DNA from: a virus
Lineage: Duplodnaviria > Caudoviricetes
Strand: one strand, 5' to 3'
IMG/VR virus record: IMGVR_UViG_3300024346_000003
Length of the DNA: 64,000 nt
Shown here: positions 55,179 through 64,000 of the stretch, piece by piece
Layout of the letters: each line of letters opens with the position of its first letter
Numbering within the stretch: the stretch's first letter is position 1
The notes under the pieces: model-generated
Database searches by the model: none
The model's input: the letters and a program-made list of their open reading frames with translations, nothing else
What the model was told of the DNA's origin: nothing
Program-made: the position numbers and the translations under genes

Positions 55179-55781
55179 TTATCGTAAATTCGATAATTTA
55201 TCTAACATTTTTTTATCTAAATCAGTAAGGTTTTCAACACCTTTATCGATAATTTTATTCACCATTTCATTAATATCCTTCTTACTCATATCTTCATCGA
55301 TGTTAAGTGAATATTCTTCTAATTCTGGGTGTTGATAAATTTCAAACCCTTTAGGTGTTATTGGTGAACCTAAATAAGGGTTATTCGAAATTATACTAGA
55401 TATATCAACATCTGGGGTTGATTCTTTAATACCATGAATATCCTTTAGAATATCATCCATTAACGTGTTTGATAGTTTTTCGAAATCTTTATTAGATTCA
55501 TTTGATTTTAAAAATCCAAATAAGTCATTCTCTTTCACCTTATCAATAAAATTAAAACCAGAGTTTTCTTCTTTTAAATCGAATAATAAAAAATTCCTAC
55601 CATAAGATTTAAAATACTCAGTTAATATGGGTGCTTCAACAATGCTGGTAAAGGTATATATAGAAATACCCTTACCCTTCATTGTTCTATGTGCTTCTTC
55701 ACAAATTTTACTTACTTCTTCATTTAAACCATCAGTTGGGTTGAAGAATACTGCGCAATAATGTTTAAAATTAATCGTCAT
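55179..55781 (-). CDS. Hypothetical protein
   Basis: 200-aa ORF. Confidence 0.75.
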   Translation of the reverse strand: MTINFKHYCAVFFNPTDGLNEEVSKICEEAHRTMKGKGISIYTFTSIVEAPILTEYFKSYGRNFLLFDLKEENSGFNFIDKVKENDLFGFLKSNESNKDFEKLSNTLMDDILKDIHGIKESTPDVDISSIISNNPYLGSPITPKGFEIYQHPELEEYSLNIDEDMSKKDINEMVNKIIDKGVENLTDLDKKMLDKLSNLR

Positions 55782-55827
55782 ATCTATTATTTATAATGCA
55801 AATATAATAAAAAAAAGTGAATATAAC

Positions 55828-58068
55828 CTAACTTATTTTAATTTTTGATATATTATTTTCTTTGATAACAGTCACTATGTTGTCAGCCCAATCCTTAACA
55901 ATCTCATTTTGAGTTATAAAGAATATATTATCATACATATCTTTAACTTTATCAAATAACAATTTCATCTTCTCAACGTTATTTGGTGCAACTCTACCAA
56001 GTACTTCATCAAATGTTATAAAATTCGGCATGGATAATTTAGACATTTTACCTAATACACACCTCAAAGCCAAACTAGATGCGGTTCTTTCAAAACCACT
56101 ACCAGCTTTTAATTGTTTTTCTATATCATCTTTTATTAATAAATATCTAACTTCATTTTTATCGTCAATAGAAATTTCAACTTCAAAATCAGTTACATCA
56201 TCTAATAATCTTTGTAGTTCTGAATTGATAATCGGCAAAACTGACCTTAAAACTAATTTGCTAATGCCTTTCTTACCAATCATATCAATATACAATTTGT
56301 AAATCATTTCAATTTCCTTTTCTTTCTTGATTTGAACAATTAGTTTATCTTTGTTTACAATATCAGTACCATTTGATTCAATATCCAATAATACTCTTTG
56401 TATCTTGTTATTTATTTCAGTTTTTTGGTGGTCACAAACATTCAATTTAGTATCAACTGATGATATTGTAGCGTCAATATTTTTATTAGTATCAATAGCA
56501 CTTAAATTATCATTATATTTTTTTAAGTCAACTTTTTTAGATTTTAAATCATTTTTCAATGATGTTATCTCAACTTCAAACTTATCCTTACTTAATTCCA
56601 ATTTATTAACTTCATCAACCAATTTTTTAACAGTATTTAACTTAGTTAACTCATCATTCAACTTTTTTAATTTTTTGTTAATCTTATCAATTTCAGTTCC
56701 AATAGTTTTAGCTGTTGTTTCGTGTTCTAATATATGATTTGAATTATCAACATCATCTAACTTTCTATTACAAGCTTTACATATACCACCAGCAATCAAA
56801 TCTTCAACAACTTGATTTAATCTTTCAACTTCGGCAGATTTAACAGCGACAGATGTGTTTAATGTATTAACTTCATTAGTAATCTCAAAATGTCTATCTT
56901 CATCAAATACTAATGGTCCAATTTCTGTTATCCTTTCAACTATAGTATCAATTTCACCTTTGTATTCAATACCACTCTTAATTATTGCATCGATATCTTC
57001 TTGTAGTTTTGATGGGTTTAAGGTTAATATCTCAACATCAATTTTAATCTTACTGGAAACTAAATCTAACTTTTCATTTGTCAAATTAATAATTGATTTT
57101 TTTTCAGCATCTAATTTAAGATTTAAATCAATCTCAATTTCTTTTAGTTTAACTATATTCTCAGTATGTGTTTGAATCTCATCAGATAAAGTTACAATAT
57201 CATGTAAGTTTGATTTCATAGTTTTAGAAAACGTATTATACATGTTTCTAGCTATTTCTTCTTTTGTTTCAATAATATCAAGCCCAATGAATCTAGTTAA
57301 TAACTTACCACTTTCTCCAGATGTAAAATCAATTAAATCATCCAAATTTCTAGCAGTTGCTAATACAACTAATTCAAAATCCTTTTCAGTACCAATAGTA
57401 TCTCTAATCTTTTTGGTAGTTTTAGTTGCGTCCTCATCATTTAATACTTCTTCTTCACCATCAGGTAGTATTTTATAATAATTCAGCGTATTCTTTATAG
57501 TCCACCCACCTGATTTATTTTTAGACCTTTTCATGTTTCTTTCGATGATTATTTCCTCATCACCTTCAATCTCTATCATACCTCTAACAACTAATTCATT
57601 GTCATCACTATGTAAGTTAAAGACTTCCTCATTTCTATCAGTCTTTGTTGTTTTACCAAATAATAAGTATTTGATTGAATCAACAGTTAATGTTGTATTG
57701 TGTGATACTATACCATTGGTGTAATATTGATGAACTTCAGCTACTTGTATGTCATATAAAGTATCTTTAAAATCCATTAACTCAATGGTTTTAATTTTAC
57801 TAATCCCATCAATCGTTTGTATTGGTACTCCTACTTCAGCTTCTTTTAAATGAATGAATTCATCATTTTCATGTTTTAATTTATGGTAATCAGCACCTTC
57901 AACATACATACCATTTTCCAATTCACATCTATATATATCCGCATTTTCCTCGGTTATACCACACCATTCAATACCTTTAAAACCATATGGTGTTTCAACT
58001 TTAAACCCTAAATCACCATATTTTTGATAAATTTTATGTAATTCACCGATTGTTAATACTTTTTTCAT
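55828..58068 (-). CDS. sbcC: Split-intein C-fragment (124 aa) fused to the C-terminal part of a Rad50/SbcC-like ATPase
   Basis: LYDIQV...YYTNGIVSHN|T; then coiled coil, CKAC hook, GSGFE, TFDE Walker B, ITQ. Confidence 0.9.
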   Translation of the reverse strand: MKKVLTIGELHKIYQKYGDLGFKVETPYGFKGIEWCGITEENADIYRCELENGMYVEGADYHKLKHENDEFIHLKEAEVGVPIQTIDGISKIKTIELMDFKDTLYDIQVAEVHQYYTNGIVSHNTTLTVDSIKYLLFGKTTKTDRNEEVFNLHSDDNELVVRGMIEIEGDEEIIIERNMKRSKNKSGGWTIKNTLNYYKILPDGEEEVLNDEDATKTTKKIRDTIGTEKDFELVVLATARNLDDLIDFTSGESGKLLTRFIGLDIIETKEEIARNMYNTFSKTMKSNLHDIVTLSDEIQTHTENIVKLKEIEIDLNLKLDAEKKSIINLTNEKLDLVSSKIKIDVEILTLNPSKLQEDIDAIIKSGIEYKGEIDTIVERITEIGPLVFDEDRHFEITNEVNTLNTSVAVKSAEVERLNQVVEDLIAGGICKACNRKLDDVDNSNHILEHETTAKTIGTEIDKINKKLKKLNDELTKLNTVKKLVDEVNKLELSKDKFEVEITSLKNDLKSKKVDLKKYNDNLSAIDTNKNIDATISSVDTKLNVCDHQKTEINNKIQRVLLDIESNGTDIVNKDKLIVQIKKEKEIEMIYKLYIDMIGKKGISKLVLRSVLPIINSELQRLLDDVTDFEVEISIDDKNEVRYLLIKDDIEKQLKAGSGFERTASSLALRCVLGKMSKLSMPNFITFDEVLGRVAPNNVEKMKLLFDKVKDMYDNIFFITQNEIVKDWADNIVTVIKENNISKIKIS

Positions 58069-59123
58069 ATTTCTAAAAATTTTTTACATTTATTTATTAC
58101 ACCTTCTTTATTTCCCCATCTATATTCGGAATCCCATATAACCAACACTTCAAAACCCCCTTCAATAGCAACATCCAATTTCCTTTTATCCTTATTCCAC
58201 ATCTCTTGTGCTGTTATCGTATTTCTAAATGGATGCGGGTAATCTGTTGCTTTATATTTCTTGGGGTTTCCATGAAACATATCACCATGAAACTCAATTA
58301 TTTTTTTATTATTGACATCAGTAAAATCATATAACCAAATTCCACCTTCTGATTCACATTTATCTAATTTATATTCTTTATTGTGAGTAGCGAAATAAAT
58401 ATTATTTCTATTATCAATATCATAGGTTTCCAATAAAACATTAAATAAATCTTGTGATATTTTAGAATACCCTATTTTTAAATTACCACCAGATGATAAT
58501 GACTTAGACCATTTATTTTGCCTTTCAGTGAAAATCATTAAACCTTTTTCTTCACCGTGTTTTTTAATACACCCCTCTTTTGAAAATGTTTTTTGTCTTT
58601 CTGAACGTTTTATTATTGATTCTTCTTCAGAATATCCTTTATTTAACCAATATTGAAGATTTGTACTTCCAAGTTTACCAGCAGCACTTCTTTTACCTTC
58701 TCGCTCTTCCCATTTTTTAATACCTTCTTTTTCACCAAATCTAGCTATACAACCTCTTAAAGAAACCATTTTTTGACCTTCAATTTGTAATATCGCTTCT
58801 TCTTCAGTGTAACCATTTTTAATCCAATATTCTTTATTAACTGGTCTAAGTGTTTTAATATGTTCTTTGGATTCATTATCACTAAGCCCCCTTTGATTCC
58901 AATACTTAATGGAATAAGGTGAACCTTTAGCTATCTTAATCCCACTTTTAATTAATCTATTTTTAATCACACTTTCATCGACACCATATTTTTTAGCTAT
59001 ATTATAAACACCCTCTAATTGATTTAAATACATATCAACCATATTTTTAATTTCACCTTCTGTAAATTCATACCTTTTTCCCATGCTTATTATATTTTTA
59101 TATAAATATAACCTTATAACCAA
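58065..59123 (-). mobile_element. Vsr-like homing endonuclease between the intein halves
   Basis: YDFT...IIEFHGDMFHGNP...KDKRK...VIWDSE; YWxxxGY repeats. Confidence 0.8.
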
Positions 59124-59145
59124 AAAGGTAAAGAGATGTGGTAAT

Positions 59146-59766
59146 TTATTTTAACTCATCTGGTAAAAAACCTAGTTTTTTAATAATTTCATCAGTATTA
59201 TATTCTATAGTAACCTTAGTATCAGACCTAATACATTTACCACCTTGATTTTCTGGAATTGAGTTGACAACTGTTAACCCTCTAAAGTGATTCATAGGGA
59301 AAAAATTATCATTACCAAATGATAAGAAGTTATTTAATGTAACCCATTTTAGATTCCATCGTTTGTATGACACTTCATCATTGTCACTATTTAATTCACC
59401 ATTAACTTTATCATCTAAAGCATATAATCTTTCAATACTAACAGTTTTGTTATTCCTACTTAACCATTCCTTGAATAATTCTCTTTGGTAAGCAGTATCC
59501 ATGATGTTATCAATTGATGCACCATCAATTTGTATTAACTTACCATTCTTACCAATTCTAACTGGTCTATACTCAACCTGGATATTATTTTTATCAATAC
59601 CATATTTTTTAGCGAAATACCTTTGAACTCTATTCTTAGATTCTCTACTATAATTCTCTGGGGTATCATCCCAATATACCTTTATTCTCGCATTCTTAGG
59701 TATATTTAAAACCTCTTTAACATTACTCACCATAAATATCTTTCTTTTTATTCTTACTTTGCTCAA
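59146..59766 (-). CDS. sbcC: N-terminal part of Rad50/SbcC-like ATPase fused to a 29-aa split-intein N-fragment (likely start 59733)
   Basis: LNNFLSFG...ENQGGK|CIRSDTKV... Confidence 0.88.
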   Translation of the reverse strand: MSKVRIKRKIFMVSNVKEVLNIPKNARIKVYWDDTPENYSRESKNRVQRYFAKKYGIDKNNIQVEYRPVRIGKNGKLIQIDGASIDNIMDTAYQRELFKEWLSRNNKTVSIERLYALDDKVNGELNSDNDEVSYKRWNLKWVTLNNFLSFGNDNFFPMNHFRGLTVVNSIPENQGGKCIRSDTKVTIEYNTDEIIKKLGFLPDELK

Positions 59767-60136
59767 TTTCTAATTTTTGCAAGGTATTATTCCATTCTAA
59801 TTGAAAGTGTTCCATTTCTTTTTTATAATAATCACGGTCAGTTTCCAATTTAGTGATTTGGTCAGCTAAAGTTTTTATTTCAGTATTATCAGTAATATAT
59901 ACTTCTTTTTCAACTGGTACTTCAACTATCTTTTCAACAATTTTATCCACTTTTACCTCAATTATTTTTTCAACAATCTTTTCAACTATTCGTTCTTTGG
60001 CTGTTGGTGCTGCTCCATACTTTTCAACAGTAAACCCTTGAGATACCATTTTTAATATGAAGTCATCAATATTGGGTATGTCATTCAAACGACAATAATC
60101 CCAAATTTCTTCTTTAACTTTTTTAGGAATTTCCAT
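59723..60136 (-). CDS. Hypothetical protein with KIVE repeats
   Basis: 137-aa ORF. Confidence 0.7.
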   Translation of the reverse strand: MEIPKKVKEEIWDYCRLNDIPNIDDFILKMVSQGFTVEKYGAAPTAKERIVEKIVEKIIEVKVDKIVEKIVEVPVEKEVYITDNTEIKTLADQITKLETDRDYYKKEMEHFQLEWNNTLQKLEIEQSKNKKKDIYGE

Positions 60137-60368
60137 CGTTATTTTTTGCTGAATTTATTATTTCATTCACTTCTTCTTGTGATTGATGCAGTAATAAAAA
60201 CTCACCAGTTTCCTCATCAATCTCTAAATGAATTATTGGTTTATCAACCCTAGCATAATACCCAGTTTCTGTTAATTCACTCACTTCACCATTAACCATT
60301 TCAAATTCATCCATATGTTCTGGAATTGAATTTAAAAATGATTTTAATTCTTTAATTGTTATTCCCAT
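60123..60368 (-). CDS. Hypothetical protein
   Basis: 81-aa ORF. Confidence 0.7.
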   Translation of the reverse strand: MGITIKELKSFLNSIPEHMDEFEMVNGEVSELTETGYYARVDKPIIHLEIDEETGEFLLLHQSQEEVNEIINSAKNNDGNS

Positions 60369-60371
60369 AAT

Positions 60372-61436
60372 TTAATGTGTTAATTCTTTTATTTTATCAA
60401 TTATAATTTCATTGTCATATCTATCTGAAATAGATTTAGCAAAAAATACTCTATCTGTTGTCATACCTTCAGTCATTTCAGCTAGTTCATAATTACCATC
60501 CAAAATTTCTAATCGCTTAGCAAAGTTTGGTCCTGTGATTTCTCTAACATATTTCATTCTTGATGGTCTTTCTTTAATCGATGAATCAATCTTCTCAATG
60601 TCATTACAGGTCATAAAGAATACTACTTGGTTATATTCATTATAAACACCGTCTAATGCGCTTAATATAACATCATATGTGAATTTAACTTCATTGTTTT
60701 TGATTACACATTCACGTTTATTAAAATAGTTATCAAAATCCTCAAATAATACTATACATCTTTTAGGTATATCACTAAACATTAATAATATATCTAAATT
60801 ATTATATTCTGGATTTAAATATATTGTATATATCGGTAGGTTATATTTTACTGAGAAATATTTTATTAACCTAGTTTTACCAGTTCCAGGTAAACCATGT
60901 AATAATGCACTAGTTTTACCAACACCAGATTCTAAAATTTCTACAATGTCAGCTTCAATATCTTCATATTGGTCATCATTGATGTATACCTTAGGTTCTT
61001 CAAGTTTTGATAACTCACCTAGTTTATCAGAACCCCATGGTGCTAAAAACATAACATTAACATGCTCTTTAGTATCGACACACGCTTTAATTAAATTCTC
61101 GACTTTAGTCCTTTGCCACCTTAAAAAGTATAATTCAGATATTGTTTCTTTTGATTGCCAACCAGCATTTAATAAACGTTCACTTCTACTGAAGTACATG
61201 AATACACCTTTAACTATCACAAATGAAGAGTAAGTTGCTGGATATTTCTTATTAATACTTATCTCATTATTAATCTCAAGTTTCCATTTAGCTTTTTGTA
61301 AATGTGGTAATAAATTCTTACTTAAATTATCATCCAATCGCATATGTTTTGATACGATGTATCGCATTATAGCCCATATTGAGACTAATATACTACCTAT
61401 AATACCTAATAAAGACCAAATCCCTATATTTCCCAT
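60372..61436 (-). CDS. Membrane-anchored AAA+ ATPase (BCS1-like)
   Basis: N-terminal TM, GLPGTGKT, LFEDFD, MTCN, RPSR. Confidence 0.85.
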   Translation of the reverse strand: MGNIGIWSLLGIIGSILVSIWAIMRYIVSKHMRLDDNLSKNLLPHLQKAKWKLEINNEISINKKYPATYSSFVIVKGVFMYFSRSERLLNAGWQSKETISELYFLRWQRTKVENLIKACVDTKEHVNVMFLAPWGSDKLGELSKLEEPKVYINDDQYEDIEADIVEILESGVGKTSALLHGLPGTGKTRLIKYFSVKYNLPIYTIYLNPEYNNLDILLMFSDIPKRCIVLFEDFDNYFNKRECVIKNNEVKFTYDVILSALDGVYNEYNQVVFFMTCNDIEKIDSSIKERPSRMKYVREITGPNFAKRLEILDGNYELAEMTEGMTTDRVFFAKSISDRYDNEIIIDKIKELTH

Positions 61437-61441
61437 GTTTT

Positions 61442-62266
61442 TTACAAATTAGTTATTATTTCATTGTCATTCTCAATATCATCTAATGATTTTATTCTGA
61501 ATTGGTAAAAACCATAATCAGTTTCAATATCATGTTCCTGACAAGTTTTACTTTCTATGTCCCAAAATAGGAATCCATGTTTTGTTACAGTTTCACCAAA
61601 GTTTTGTTGAATTAAACTTGATGGATAAGCAATTGGGATACCATTATGGTTCCATATCTGTCTCTTATGTATATCACCCATCATTACTATATCGCAACCC
61701 TCAAAATGCTCAAAACTTAAACCATGGTCGAATTCATAACCAATATCAGTTCTAGCACCCAAAACTGGTGCATGATATAAACCAATGTATGTTTTATCAT
61801 CACCAAATTCATTTCTAGCTTTTTCTATATCAGGTCTAGCGTTTTCATCAAAAATAGAATACACACACCAAACTATATTGTTATCCAAATAACAAGAGCT
61901 TTCGCCAGTGTAATAGTTAATACTTAAACCTGGTAATAATTTAACCATAGGGGTTAATGAATCAATTCTATCCTTATTATTTTCCAATAAGTCGTGATTA
62001 CCAGCAATCATAACAACAGTTGCTATTGATTCAAGTTTTCTTAAAAACCAAGTACCTAAAATTAATAATTCATTGGAGATTGTAATCTTTTGATGAACAT
62101 AGTCTCCAGCAATAACAATTCTAATTTCTTCTCGGTCATAATCTTTAACCAAATTCCTTATTTTTTTTAAGGTGGTCTTAAAAGTTTCACCGTACTCTTC
62201 ATGCATCCTAAATGTCCTCAAATGTATGTCAGCCATGTGGATTACTACTTTTACTTTTTTATCCAT
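61442..62266 (-). CDS. sbcD: Mre11/SbcD-like metallophosphoesterase
   Basis: ADIH, AGDYVH, AGNHD, GDIHK, YPSS..QQ. Confidence 0.9.
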   Translation of the reverse strand: MDKKVKVVIHMADIHLRTFRMHEEYGETFKTTLKKIRNLVKDYDREEIRIVIAGDYVHQKITISNELLILGTWFLRKLESIATVVMIAGNHDLLENNKDRIDSLTPMVKLLPGLSINYYTGESSCYLDNNIVWCVYSIFDENARPDIEKARNEFGDDKTYIGLYHAPVLGARTDIGYEFDHGLSFEHFEGCDIVMMGDIHKRQIWNHNGIPIAYPSSLIQQNFGETVTKHGFLFWDIESKTCQEHDIETDYGFYQFRIKSLDDIENDNEIITNL

Positions 62267-62570
62267 ATTTTTCTTTATATTTTATACTCGCATTTGGTTC
62301 TAATATCTCTGGATTTGCAATAGGTTCAAGTAGCATTGTATCTTTTGCATACAAATATATAACTTTACCATTCAACATTTCAAATGCATGCCTACCCTTA
62401 TTATGTTTAAACCCTTTATCTAATTTACCGATAAACTTAACTGGGGTATTTATTAATGGTTTATGTTTGAATGTTATAAAGTTATAATCATACCACATAC
62501 CATCCAAATAGTATGTATCACCTATAACACACTTATTAACTGTTATTTCGTTATCTAATTTTTTATCCAT
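62259..62570 (-). CDS. Hypothetical protein
   Basis: 103-aa ORF. Confidence 0.6.
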   Translation of the reverse strand: MDKKLDNEITVNKCVIGDTYYLDGMWYDYNFITFKHKPLINTPVKFIGKLDKGFKHNKGRHAFEMLNGKVIYLYAKDTMLLEPIANPEILEPNASIKYKEKYG

Positions 62571-63330
62571 GCATTAATTGTGTTTGAAATTTGTGATGTT
62601 CTAATAATTTTTTAGCTTCACTCTTTAAATACATAACTGGTATTTTACTCATGACTTCAGCTTCTTTATCCCAGTACCCAATCCATATCTGTCTACACTT
62701 TCTATGTGGGAACTCCATTTCGTACATTAGAGCGTATGTACTTAGCTGTAATGAATATATTGAGTACTGACAGTCTTGCATGTGCTCAAATGGCTTTAAA
62801 AGCGTCTTAAACCCAAAGTTATTGAAGAAGTTAAACTCCCTATTCGTTTTCCAGTCACCAACATCGAAAAATTCATCATCAATATCAATGATTAAATCCG
62901 ATGTACCAGCTAATTTGTATTCAGAAGAAAACATTATCCTTTCTGGCCAAATAGTAGCACCCTCATCAAACTTCATTCTTTCATACTCTTGAATAACTTT
63001 TTTCTGTAAATCATTATCAGGAAAAAACCACTTATCATTTAACAAATACTCTTCAATAGTTTCGTGAACATGTGTACCATATTCATTCGCAGTATCATTT
63101 AGCATTTGCCAGTAATCCAGTATCTGAATTTTGGTCATACCAATATACCTTTCTTGCTTATTGTTATCAGCTTGCTTTACAATTGCCTCAGCAATTGAAT
63201 CGCTATCGAAATGTGGTTCAACACTACTTAAAACTTTTGTTACTGATGTATACTTAATACCTGTCTCTCTATGAATATAAACGTGTTCAATAGGTTCTAA
63301 GTATACAGGTCCTTCCCAAATTTTTGCCAT
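62563..63330 (-). CDS. PD-(D/E)XK exonuclease (RecB/Cas4-like)
   Basis: SVT, GTHVH...E, AGTSD...DWKT, QLSTY. Confidence 0.85.
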   Translation of the reverse strand: MAKIWEGPVYLEPIEHVYIHRETGIKYTSVTKVLSSVEPHFDSDSIAEAIVKQADNNKQERYIGMTKIQILDYWQMLNDTANEYGTHVHETIEEYLLNDKWFFPDNDLQKKVIQEYERMKFDEGATIWPERIMFSSEYKLAGTSDLIIDIDDEFFDVGDWKTNREFNFFNNFGFKTLLKPFEHMQDCQYSIYSLQLSTYALMYEMEFPHRKCRQIWIGYWDKEAEVMSKIPVMYLKSEAKKLLEHHKFQTQLMHG

Positions 63331-63413
63331 GATTATTTATTATTTAATTGCAAATATACTTAATTTTAAATTACATTGCAATATTTATATAATAAACCTT
63401 ATTTTAATTTAAA

Positions 63414-63791
63414 ATGAAAGACTTTATAAAAACAAGATTATTGGAGAGTATCGAAAATGAAATTGATACTTCTAAGATAAGAATAAAAAAAACAATGGTT
63501 AATAATCTATTGGTGTATATTCCGTTTTATGATGGGGTTAGAATGGGTGCGTTTAGGTTAAGACCAGTGCCTGATGGTTTTAAAGTTTTTGAAACGCTTT
63601 TATACGATAAGTATCAGGGTAAAGGTTTAGGTAAAGGTATGTATAAGTATATCATTAGAGATTTATCAAAAGAAAGTAAAATTTTATATTCTGATGATAA
63701 ACAATCAACTGATGCCGCTAGAGTATGGGATAGTTTAGTTTCAATGGGTATTGCTGAAAAAACTGGTAACACTTATAAATCAAAAGGTTAA
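63414..63791 (+). CDS. GNAT-like protein with FIKTRLLE leader
   Basis: KYQGKGLGKGMY...SDDKQSTDAARVW. Confidence 0.7.
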   Translation: MKDFIKTRLLESIENEIDTSKIRIKKTMVNNLLVYIPFYDGVRMGAFRLRPVPDGFKVFETLLYDKYQGKGLGKGMYKYIIRDLSKESKILYSDDKQSTDAARVWDSLVSMGIAEKTGNTYKSKG

Positions 63792-64000
63792 TATATTTCT
63801 TCCTCACTAAGTCTTCTAGAATTCTTCAATAATTTTATTATACCTTTTTTACCCAATCTTTCAAATATTGATGATGAATCATGACCTTGTGGTGGCTTAC
63901 ATATCTTAACTCTACCATTTAATTCACCAAAGTCTAATTCTTTATAAATATTAATAGCATCTTCATATGCATCATCATCTAATAAAATAACAATATCAGC
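63788..64000 (-). CDS. DNA primase, TOPRIM C-terminal end (partial)
   Basis: Manual read ADIVILLDDDAYEDA...GHDSSSI..., stop at 63788-63790. Confidence 0.65.
   Translation of the reverse strand, partial: ADIVILLDDDAYEDAINIYKELDFGELNGRVKICKPPQGHDSSSIFERLGKKGIIKLLKNSRRLSEEEIY

Noticed and set aside
59900-60000. KIVE peptide repeats as a special element
   Set aside because: A common low-complexity coding repeat with no further structure.
417-63257. Many short opposite-strand ORFs in the track (e.g. 417-608, 4734-5072, 27172-27747, 53122-53727, 56030-57724)
   Set aside because: Antisense shadows of well-supported genes; no motifs, promoters or start context.
1-64000. Stop-codon reassignment
   Set aside because: Long genes are intact in the standard code; TAG and TGA both end genes at sensible positions; no suppressor tRNA seen.

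Overview
AT-rich, densely coding segment of a jumbo/huge dsDNA phage, mostly on the minus strand, using the standard genetic code. Recurrent TTG-N20-TAnnTTTG promoters, SD-less starts, a Bacteroidota-type sigma factor, an Hc1-like protein and a T9SS-cargo-like protein point to a Bacteroidota host. The window holds two tRNA arrays, tmRNA, RNA repair and translation-support genes (two RNA ligases, kinase-2H phosphoesterase, CCA-adding enzyme, PTH2-like protein, HD hydrolase, ClpP, DnaJ, FKBP), DNA metabolism genes (DNA ligase, RNase H, DenV, Rad50/Mre11-like, primase end), a PAS-PAS kinase/receiver pair, probable virion proteins and eight free-standing endonucleases. Best candidate new system: each tRNA array lies behind a short leader peptide, an antiterminator and a terminator. 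The leader's codons match the tRNAs downstream (Leu/Val/Cys for array 1; Asn/His/Trp/Ser/Ile/Met/Arg for array 2), which suggests ribosome-mediated attenuators that switch on phage tRNAs when host decoding of those codons fails. Endonuclease insertions are also tolerated in four different ways: an atypical split intein in the Rad50-like Walker A, an RNA ligase in three pieces, N-terminal replacement of a dNMP kinase, and isoacceptor replacement of tRNA-Ile(UAU). All family assignments come from motif recognition by eye; no searches were run.
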